64,000 nucleotides of DNA from Ascidiella aspersa (lineage: Eukaryota). Both the position numbers and the translations under genes were made by a program. Of the stretch, positions 1-11,500 are shown piece by piece. Position 1 is the stretch's first letter, and each line of letters starts with the position of its first letter. A model generated the notes under the pieces. The model was not told the DNA's origin and ran no database searches. It worked only from the letters and a program-made list of their open reading frames with translations. The stretch spans positions 14,012,001 to 14,076,000 of the forward strand of contig OZ004608.1 of assembly GCA_963924565.1 (NCBI GenBank), in the 5' to 3' direction.

Positions 1-205
1 CAAAACTTTTATTCTACAAAAGTAGTTTTAGGAATATCATAGTGGACGTTTTAAATTCAATTATTTTATTAAAAAAAACAGCTAAAAAAAAACAAAAAGT
101 GCCACTGCCAGCAAAAAATAATCCAAAGCAAAAAATATTTTTATGAAAAAGCATTCAATTTATAATTTAATTATGTTTATTTTATTTTAATAATTTTTTT
201 GTTAC

Positions 206-2563
206 CTGATGTGTATTTGGCCCACTCCTGATCTTTGCCTGTATTGTTTTGTTGGTTTGGTTTCACTGGAAGCATTTCGTGTGCGAGAAACTCATCATCA
301 CTAGACATGCCATCGCCACCTCTGTCAAATTTGCTTGATGATACTGTATCTTCTGTTAAATAATAATAAAAAAAAATTATGTCAATTGCTTATGAGATGT
401 TACTTAACCAAAAAATTTTGAATACTTTTTTCATTTTGGCTGCCTTTGGATTAGGTAAAAAAATGGAGAAGTTTGGCCATTCATTACAATTACAATAATG
501 TAGTACAAAGGTACACTTTTAAGTGAGTAGCAATGAGGCAATACATTTATACAAGTTTACCATTCTTCCTACAAACATAAATTTGCCAAGTAAATTATCC
601 TGCTCGTCATCATTGCAGAATGTAAATCACGATAATATATAAATGTGTGTAGGACCACAGAATATAAACTGAAGTAAAACAATTCGTTTTTTAATGGTTG
701 ATCATTTTACTGTATCCTAACAGGGGTTGAATACACAAGTTCAAACTAAGTATTAAATAATTCAAATGTGTGATAAGTTGCAAAGTATTTCTCCCTGAAA
801 CGTATGTACAGAAGGATAGATGTTTATATCTAATGAATCCTACCTATTATCATATTATTTTTTTGCTTTAAGTATTAAAGGCTTGTAGACAATAAAGTTT
901 GTTTTGATCAACTCAATAATGCCCATTACAAATCTATCACATTTTTAGTAACACTTTTTGTTTTAATATATTTCGTTTCTTAAAAAACTTAAAAAAAATA
1001 CTTGACAAATACTTGTGCAACCTCCAACAAATACCCACCTTTTGCATTCTTGGCATACTGACTGCGGAAGGCAATTGATCTGGAACGAACCTCCTCAAGG
1101 AAATCCTCAAAATCGTCTTCCACTTCGTCACTGGTAAAAAAAAATAAAAAAAAACATCCATTAACTTGTAATGAAAGTAATTAGGTTTGAAACAACATGG
1201 TTGAGGTAAGTGGTTCATAAACGTTTCCCCTTTATCTGTTATTGAATTTTAAAAATAATGAGCGGAGTAGCAAACACCTTAAACTTTCAAGGTTGCTAAA
1301 CCAAGGTGGAGTACCATTGGTTTAATCTAGAATTAACTTACAGTGTTAGGCTGTTTGGTCTACTGCTTGAGGTGCCCACAGCATTGGAAAGACTAGCAGA
1401 CTTCTCCTGCAACAATAATTGCGAAATGAAGAAGGCACAAGTAGAACTTAAAAAACCTTAAACACATTTTATAAAAGGTAAGTATAAATACAAACTTTTA
1501 ATGAAAGTGTCATTGATGCAGCTCTTGCTGCTTCACGTTGTGCTTCATTAAAGGCTTCGTCTTCAACTCTTAATAGCTCTTCCTCTTCATATAACTATAA
1601 TGTATATAAATTGGAGTCGTGACAAGTATTTGCAATGATAAGAAAAATATTTTTCTAAACAATAGCTTAAAGCACAAAAGTTTAAAAACTAAATTAAATG
1701 ATATGCATCTACTAAAGAAATTCTTAAAATGCATACAGAAGTCAAACTCCCCAAAGGAAAGACTGGTAAGTTTACAACATATCTTAAGATGACATATATA
1801 ACAGCCGGCTTTTACCTATAATACAAAAGAAAAATCCCTAATGTATGAAGCAGCCAGTAGAAGGGCAATATTAGAATAAAGCTCTATGCCAAATAGTTAC
1901 AAAAGAACAAGTATATATCTAGATATTTGCAAACAGCGAGGAAAGCGTTTCACAGGAAAACAAAACCTTAATATATTTGGTCTATTTTAGGCTGACAATT
2001 GCTTTGCACATATCCTTTATACATAACCATCCTGGTAAACCACCAATATATAAATAAATTAGCAGTTGTATTTATTACCTCTTTGTTAATCTGTTCATCA
2101 ACTTTCTTTTGCTCTTCAAGTAACTTATCATAGTCACGCTTGGCAATAAATTCTCGCTCTTCTTGTGTAATGATGCTAAAATTGAAAAAGATTTCATGGT
2201 AAATATCAAAAAGAATAATGAAGGTTTAAGGCAGAAACTAATAAACCAACTATCAAACAACTAACGGCAAATCAGTTCCATAATTTGACTGGTTTGCATC
2301 ATCAAGCATTAGGTTTTCAAACTCAACTCCAAAGTTCTGTGAAACATCATCTTTGTACTTTACCAAATGGCGCAACCTGAACATAAAATGGACCCGATTG
2401 AAATGCATGGCCACATTAATCAAAACATGCAATTTTGGTTTTATTATAGTTGTAGTTTTCTAGTGCAACTTTATTCCAAAAAACTGTCATAAAATTAGGT
2501 TTGGTACCTTTTCCTCCGGTTACTGCCAAACAAAATGCCAAGGCAGCCATAACACTGTTGCAT
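206..2563 (-). CDS. AP1AR: AP-1 complex-associated regulatory protein (Gadkin/gamma-BAR), 5' part; continues beyond the left edge
   Basis: Phase-consistent GT-AG exons 2563-2508, 2376-2266, 2175-2079, 1594-1496, 1406-1342, 1130-1039 and 352-206. They give MQQCYGCLGILFG...VEFENLMLDD...ITQEEREFIAKRDYDKLLEEQKKVDEQINKELYEEEELLRVEDEAFNEAQREAARAA...EDDFEDFLEEVRSRSIAFRS. This matches recalled vertebrate Gadkin motifs (N-terminal Cys cluster, IEFENL, AQREAARAA, EDDFE..L......FRS). Confidence 0.9.
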
Positions 2564-3575
2564 ATTGAATAAATTGGAAGTGCTTGGATTGAATTTTTTT
2601 TTCACAAATTAATCACATGGTTTCAATTTTTAGTCCTAGTTTTCTCTACAAAATTAAAATAAAAAGTTCATTATTGAAATCGCAGTGACAGATAAATGCT
2701 TAAATTACATACAATATTCTGACAGCACATCAACTGCTGGATTCCGAATTATTTTCAAAACAATAAACTATCCTTACAAGTTACAACATTATGATGCTGC
2801 TATAAATATCCTACGTCATCGAAATACGTTTTGAAGGGAATTTCCCCATTTAGCATACGTCAGAACTAGCGAAACATCATTTTACGATTTTACATGGAAA
2901 ACCAAAGCCGATGGATTTTAATGAGAAGTTTTTATTAAGCAAACGCGCATTCTAACGGTATAAAGTTGATTCACATATCACTTTTTTAAACAAAAAATTT
3001 TATTTATGATTTACTTATCAATTTATTTCTCTACTTTGTAATCCACATATCCTATTTATGATTACCTAAACTAATTGAGAACTTTTCGACATGTAATAGT
3101 AAAATAGTTTACAACGTATCACAGCCCACAGGTGATTTAACGTCACAATGCCACAACTGATTTAGATTTGCGCATACGGCGCGTGCAAATCAAACAGCAG
3201 ATCATGGAATGACACCTTTGCGTTTTTCACAACATAAAAGAGTTGAATTGAAGAGAAAATTGGCGAATGGAATGAGAAAAACACAAATGACTTGGCAACA
3301 TTAAGCATAACTTGGCCTCTTTAGGATTGTAAGATGTCAAATGAAACGCCTAGTTAACGAGTGGGATGGTTACTTTGCGAATCAAACAGCAACATGGCAA
3401 ATGACATAGCATGTTTAGGATTTTAGCAACATGTCAAATGAAACACCTAGTTAACGAATGTAATGGCAACTTTACAAATGGAATGGCTATACCTTGCAAA
3501 TCGAACAGAAACGGTAGTTCAAGCTTATTAAACTTATTTCTGTGTATTTACCTGCATCTTGCAATAGCAACTCAA

Positions 3576-4075
3576 CCTTTTTCTCTTTTTTTTTACGCAA
3601 CTCAACTTTTTTTTTTCTTTTTTTTTATGTTGATATTTTTATTATTAGACAGCTACACAACAAAGCGAGTGCGAAAGAAAAAAAAAAGCTTGCAAAGAAA
3701 GTCGTTAATTTTATAATTCCGAATGGCGATAAGATGTTCCGATTTCTGAACCGATTTAACCATACTTAGGAACATATTGAAATTCGGCACGGATTCGGCG
3801 TACTTACAGCGGTAAATTACAAAACGCGCACACAACAACAAACAATTCAAAAGGGTTTCAGATTGATCTGCCACAATACCAAACAACATATGAACAGGGC
3901 TAGGCCGTAAATCAATCAGAAGTTTCGCCGAGATCAAGGCAGTTACTTCTTCCCAGAAAGTTACTACTTTGGTACAAAAATAAAACGTGATCTACAGTTT
4001 CTAATGCATCGCAGCAGAAAACACTTTATCTGAGTCTTTACTTCCAAATGAGCACAGGGCGTCATTGGTCATGAT
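3576..4075 (-). mobile_element. 5'-truncated L1/Tx1-clade non-LTR retrotransposon, 3' end (ORF2 C-terminal zinc-finger region plus A-rich tail)
   Basis: Frameshifted C..C...ETVDH..F.C.KV..FW motif at about 3950-4060. It is followed by ORF 3653-3937 (LFGI...LLNCLLLCARFVIYRCK...), typical of L1/Tx1 ORF2 C-termini, then an A-rich tail at about 3576-3630. Confidence 0.75.
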
Positions 4076-5501
4076 GGCCCTAAGGTTTAATTTTATCTAA
4101 AAAAACTTCTAAATTTGTTTTCCACGGTAACGTCGTAGTTAATTTGGTAAAGTTTGTCCCAAGGGATTCGGTTTGGTAAAACTTGTAAGTAGGCTGCGCA
4201 ACTCAACTTAGGTTTTACTTAATAAAGCCCCACGAATGTGCTGCCATCTAGCGACAAACATGTTTTACAAGAGGGATAATTGAACTTTCCGCCAGGTGCA
4301 TTTTTTCGCACCGTGCAAAAATGCTGTGGATACACAGGAAATAAGTTTAATAAGCTTGAAGTACCCGTGAACTTGTTATTTGTTGCCCCGCAATGTGTTT
4401 TGTAGTTTTATTTCGTGGCTTTAAAATAATAAATTCCGCTAGTGGTCAATCCTTGATAAATTTATTAACATTTTGCATAATTTTATCTAAAGGGGCGTTT
4501 AGGGAGTTCAGTAAATGTAAAAATATTATGCTGACATACCCACAGCGTTTTCAATCTTACAGTGAACATATTTTTTTATTAGAAGATCGCGTTTTTAAGA
4601 CCGGCGTACCTACTCGAAGAGCAAAATTAGGCCCATATATGGTATTGGATTGTAGTACTCCTGGTATTGGGATATTTTTTCCACTGGCGGTAAAATATTG
4701 CTAATGGGTGGCAAGTTGAAAGCCAGACCATGGTCAGTCTGAGTTGAACAGTACCATTTGAATACGCAAGCATGTTAAAATGGTTTATTCATGTTTCAGT
4801 TACACCCCACATCGTCCTCTCGTGGTACATTGGTTCCTGAGCACAGCTCTGTAAACACTTATCCTATAAGCCTATATAGACTGCGATCTTCTAAGCAAGG
4901 AGTTTATAACTTTTTTGGGTTGCGGCACAACAAAAAAATTAAAAAAATATTGGCGGCAGACTTTCTAAAAAACAACAATTTCCCAAATTGACCATCACCC
5001 TCAATATACGTGGCGGTAATACGTAGAGCATTAATATTATCTTATTTCTTGTGGATAGTGTGCAATCAAATCTTGCTTGCATACATGTTTTTTTGCAATA
5101 CTAAAATGTTTCAAAAAAATAAAACGTTACGCGGTATACTTAAGGATCTCTTGAGGCACGCTAGTGGGCCGCGGCGAACGAGTACATAGTTTAAGAATTA
5201 CTGTTCTAAACAAAAACTATATGGAAGTGCCAAAAGCATTATGGCTTCATGCAAACTTCAAACATTCTTGGACTTGCGTTACAAAAACTAAGCACAACTA
5301 AATCCTAGGAACAAAATAGTACCAATTACACAAACGCAATATCAAACATTTCTTTAAACAGTCGGATATCTACTTCTTTATATAACCACATATACAATGT
5401 TTTTACTTAAGGTGCAAAAAAGAGAGCAAAAATAAATAATAAAGTTTCACAACAAAATAACGTAGCAAGTACAAATGATGGGTTTTCGACAGGATGGATT
5501 T

Positions 5502-8500
5502 TCACTTGCCAACCCGGTCTGCTAAGCTTTGAATAATTTTCCAACAGCTAGACAGCCCTTCCCTGGTAGTGTTGACATGCCCTGCCGACACCCGAAGAAA
5601 GTAAATTCCCTTTTCGACCGTCGATGTCAAGAAGATAGTTTTGTCTGCCATCACTTCTTCGTAGAGACGCTCGTTCATGTCGTTAAGTTCCTAACATAAG
5701 TTATTGGATGAATTTTTTTTTATAGTTGGAAATAACTTAAATATAAGATATAAGTTCATTTACGATCCACATCATGACTACTATCTTGCATAAATATAAG
5801 GTGTATTCTTTTCAACTGAAATAGGCCCAAAAAATAGGAAATCTGATGACAAAAGATAGTAATAATCAGCGACTAAACAGTTGTGTCTGACAATAAAATG
5901 ATTAAAGAAAATGGTAACGTTTTAAAAAATCCAAAATGGCAGATAAATTTGTCACGAACCTTCTTGCTTAAATCTTTGTTAAACAGACGAAAGCAGACCA
6001 ATCCCATAGTGACTGGATATAGAACCTCGAACCTTTGATCTTTCTCTACGAGAGCTTCAAAATATTTCGCCTCGGCAATCGACCGTCGCACATGAGTGCG
6101 CAAGCCTTCCAAACCGACCATGCGCATCACAAACCAAAGCTTGATTGCTCGGAAACGTCTTCCAACCGGAAGTTCCCAATTCTAGAAATTAGTACATAAC
6201 ACAGTTAAACTTTAATTGTGGTACAATAATTTTCTTTTACTTTTTGTAATTACTTGTTCGGCCAGAAACAGCGGCTCCTTATTTTTACAATTTAGAAAAT
6301 ATTAGGAAATGGAGTCGTTATGAAACGAATTTTGTAAAAAAATTGATTTCATTAACTGAGTGATAAATTATGGTCTTTGAAGGAGCCACAAAGTGGCAAA
6401 TTCTGACAATCAATTGCTTGAAAAATAATATTGAATTTATACCATTTTTAAAGCGTTCGACGCATTTCAGCACTGCTGAATATTCTTAGTACGACATTGG
6501 TTGGTCTATATGTTTGCAAAATATATACAAACGACAATTTAAACTGCTGACTCATTTTCCTGCAAAATTATACTTTTTACACAAATAAATAAATTAAACA
6601 AAAAAACTTCTATTCAAAATCAATCTAAAAACAAATGTATTTACTAACCATGTAGTCTATGGCTATGTTTTGATTGTCGTGTCGAAGGTAGTGAGGATTA
6701 ACGTCAAAAACATTCGTCAATTCGACGCTATTTTTGACCCTGGAATGGTTAAATATAGTTCAAGCATATTATAAAGTAAAAACAAAATCATGTTGGTTTT
6801 ATCAATATACGCAAATGTAAGAGACTGTGGTCAACATTAAATGAAGAAGCATTTTTCAACACATTTACTGCAAGCTAATAAGGTGAGCGGTGGTCCCTAA
6901 TAGAGAGGCTGGTTCACGCAAAGTATAGGGTTCTTGGAAAATGTACTCAATTTACAAAGAGGAAATATGAAATCGTTGGTGAAAAAGCAGCTTCAGAAGG
7001 GCTAGACCACAGTTGTTAACACAGTTATGTGCGTGCATCTTTCATTTAACGAAATATGAAAATAGGGAAGTACGGACAACACCTATAAAGGCAAAAATTA
7101 AACTGAAAAATATTTTTGTGATACTTACCAGAACGCCGAGCAGTCGAAATTGACCATCATAAGTTTGTGCGGGTTGAAATTATAGGAGTCGCTGTACTGC
7201 GTGTAAAGTTTGTGAAACTCAGTTAAACACAATTGGTGAATTGATTTGACACAAAAGGACAATTACTATAGAGAAAAATATTACTGCGATACCATAAACA
7301 AGTCGCGAAAGTACAAGCTTAATTTTAGAGCTTTTTCAAAAAAAGGGTTATCCCAAAACAAAACTTTTTTTTAGGTTTAAAATATATCTGCATGTAAAGT
7401 GACTTCTTTATAAATTATAGGCCAGGGGTGTGTAACCTTTTAGAGTTAGACTAACGGACCAACTAAGCGTATACAGATAAGTTTTAATTCAGAGGAGCTA
7501 TGTCACATTGAGTACACAAAAATATTTACACAATATTTCAGTATGTCTGAATTAAACACGGCGATTTGGGGCAAACAAGTTGTAGTTGGTGGACTCAACA
7601 GCGGTATTGCAAAGTTTGGTTCACATTGATTTTATCTATATGAAGTCTACATCGCTTTAATTCTGTGAAGAACACACATTGCTTTTTCTCTTGTTAAGAA
7701 GTTCTTAACATTGCTTTTATATTGTACGGAAAATTTTTGTAACTTTAAGTCTTTAACACTCCTATACTAAAGCAGCACCGTCCTGTAGATACTATCCACA
7801 ACCTTAAAAGACATTTAATAATAGTAAAAATAATAGCATTTTTGGTCGTTACTACTATTTATCGGTTTGCATTGTACAAGTCTTTCTTGGTCGACGCCTC
7901 AAAAGACAATTCAAGTGTAAGGATTCAATTTTCAAATACTATTTTGGTTTAGTTTTTTCACAATTTAGATTGGGTAAGACAAAATGTCTATATATTTGCG
8001 ACTATCATGTATAAACCGTTATAGTTGGTCCAAAAGCGACTTCTGAAGGGCTAGATCGTACAGCCGTACAGGTATATATGTGTGTGTCTTTCATTGAAAG
8101 ATATGGTAAGTGCACCCCTTTAATGTGAAGTTGCTTGTACTAACAGAATGGAGCAGCATTGGCGTCATGGTTGTTTGTCGACTCGCTCCCCTCTTACCCT
8201 GTGTAGCTTAGTTGGTAGAGGCAAGGTCATGGTATGGCCGGAGGTTGAGAGATCTAATCTCTCTGCAGACTAGTTGTATTTCTAGCCTGCCTTGTTTTTT
8301 TTATATCTTTTATATCAACAGATTCGGTTAGTCCGGTGTACTATAATGCGTGAGCCGTAGATCACGGTGGTTGTACATTTCTATGTGTGTTTATCTTTCA
8401 TTGTTTGGGTCATGCGCACATTTAATCATAAAGGATTTAGGACCGAATGGTAAACAACCATTTTATGTGGGCTTTATTTCATAGGTAAAGGCTATTTATC

Positions 8501-11500
8501 AGCGCATTTAATTGTGTGGATAACATGAATGAAATCAATTTACCTCAATTCCTTCAGCAATATAACGCATCTCTGGACAAAGCAGCGCAGAACCAGCGTA
8601 AGCTGCGTCCACATGGAGCCACAAGTTTTCATCTTTACCTGTTATACAATGACATTCTGAGTTATAGGGACTATTTGTAAACAATGGATTTAATTTTCAA
8701 TGAAACGAATATGCACAAGTCTGTAAAACCTACATTCAGGTCTAGTTTACCTAGGTAATTATTGGATAAATTACTTTTGTTAATTACTTTATTACTTATA
8801 TGTTTTACTTGATTCCTATAAGTTACTTTGGATCTTTTTTCTGATAAGCAAATAGTTTAGATTAGAAGCTTACGTTTGCTAATACATAATACACAGCATG
8901 ACGTATGGTTTCGCAAACGGTTTTGCAAACATCGGATGCTAGCTTAAAACGTTTTGTGTAAGCAGTTAAGACACTTTTCACTTAATTTTTCTTACGTTGG
9001 ATAACGACTATTAAATAAACCTAGCCGAGAATGACTTTGCACTGGGAATACACGTTTGCTAATATGTATCTGTAATTCCTAATAGTGTTACTTCTTCGAC
9101 AAGGGCCATGTCCTATTTTAATTGTTAGAAAGTATTTACTCGACCCAATTTAGACACAATACGAAGCATTACATTTCGTTCAACATTGTGGAATTCTACG
9201 TAACTTATCGCGCTTACTGCAAAAGCTGCATACTATATAGTAATGTTACAACTAATTAACCCAAAAAGCGATGACAAGCATATTATAAGACGCTTAAACA
9301 TTTTAAACACTGGAAATAATACAGTTCGACTGTTTGTGTTTTGTATTTTTTTAAGTAATTTAAAAATAAATCAACGTTCGTCTATTTTAGATATGATTAA
9401 ATGTGCACTGGTGTACGTGTTTGATTTCGATGTGATTTGATGTTTTTGAGTCTAAATGTCGTTCACAGATGTTTTTGGCCTATAATAAGTTACTTAACAA
9501 CTTTATGGAAAATACTTTTAATTAAAAAGTACGATTTCGTTACTGGAACCTAGTCTTATACTCACATATCGGTCCAATCTCTTTCAGATTGTCGTAAGTG
9601 CAGCATGAAGTTGTTCCAAGTGTAGCGCAAAACTGTAGGAAATCATTAACATTTGGCTGAATATAGATTATTTTAATTTTTAGGAATGCTGCTATATTCG
9701 TGGTAAATTTTGGCAAAACCAAACCGATTGTTGAATTGCATGTTTTTTATACAGATATTCTCAACTTTCTTAATCTCGTTGGGTTCATAAGAACCTGTCG
9801 AAGGGATCCACAGACTCTCTTTAAAATATTACTTTTGTTCCTGAGCGGTGTAAATATGCAGTTTATTTAACAGGGACTATAGTGACTATAGTCAATTCGT
9901 TGCTGTTCAAAAAATCAAGCAGCAGTTAGGGTCAGTTTCGCTCTTCGCATTTTAGATGTAACATTGAGAATATGGCATTTAATTGTTTTTTTCTTCTGGG
10001 GGTTGACTGAACCGGTATGAAAAAAACGTAACATATATTTTATCATGAAAGGATTGAACGGGATTCTATTAGACCTATTATTCCTTAAATTATTTCTAAC
10101 AGATACAAGAATAGTCTCACAGTAGAGTGCAACTATAATTTAAAGCTAAATAAATACAAAACATTAACAATAACAAAATTCGCAAACACAGTAGATATCT
10201 TAATAACGGCCTTATTTTTTTGTTGTCCCAAAAGCTTACAGCTTCACTGAAGGCTTTAAGTCTTATACAGTGGTGGGATTCAAAATTTTTATCAGCCGGT
10301 TCTATCACAAAAGTCATATTTTTTAGCCGGTTCTGTTACAAAAAGTCATACTTTCTACTTATGACGCAACAATTCGATATTTAGACAAACAATCAAAAAG
10401 GAAAAATACTACAATTATAAAAATTAACACAATGTATAACTGTTACGTGCAAACTTGACTATTGCATATTAAAAATTACACTCAAAAATCGGTGTATCGG
10501 ATAAGATGCAAAAATCCGTTGACAGTAATAGGGTGTATCTTTATAGAATCCAAAACCATCGGCAGCAGGTTTTAGCCAGTCGATCACTGCTCCGCTGACG
10601 CGTATATTAACAAGTAAAACTCATTGTTAAAAAACATGAGTAAAAACAGGATCAGACGTTTTGTTCAAAGGAAAATCCGCTGACAGTATTAACCCGTAAT
10701 TCTAATTAACCGACTTAAGCCATAAAACCGAGATAAGAACAACATCAACGTCGGAATAAAAGACAGTTCGGAACAAAACCAAACTAGGAGTAATTCCACC
10801 TAATAAAATCTGAATAAGTTCTAAATCGGTCCTAAGTTCATAACTAACTCACCTAACAATTTTCACTCTAACCATTTTATTATCCCAGAATTAAACAAAA
10901 CCAAAAATATGTTGCTAAAACAGCGGCACCTTTTTCCAGTCGCGGACCAAAACCAGAACAGTGAATTTCTCATTACAAATTCTTAGATTTGCAGAGGTGT
11001 AGATTACGTTACTACCAGTGGTGGGATTCAAAATTTTTGTCAGCCGGTTCTGTTACAAAAAGTTATATTTTTCGGCAAATAATTAAAGTTGTTGCAATAA
11101 CAGGATGCAACCCCTGGTTACAGCGGAAGGTTTGAACCGGCTGAATACCATCACTGCGAACAGCCACACTAAAAAGCAGCAGTCGTCTCATGACTCGTAC
11201 TTATGACGCAACAATGCAATTTCCAGACAAACTATTAATGAAAATTATTACAATTATAAAAATTTAACACTATGAGAATTGCACATTTTGAAAAAAACAC
11301 GTAAACTACTTGGATATCAAAAATCGGTGTATCATCTCAGTTAAGATGCAAAAATCCATTGACAGTAACCAGTAATGCTAACCGGTTCGCTAATCTCATA
11401 AAATTTCGTGAGACGGTTCTATAGAACCGGTGCGAACCGGCTGAATCCCACCACTGGTCTTATATCGTCTAATGGAGGTTAAAATAAAAATCTAAATGTA

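Noticed and set aside
561-568. Possible 8-nt AP1AR micro-exon (ag|gaagaatg|gtaaac on the minus strand)
   Set aside because: It would shift the frame; the flanking exons already join in phase.
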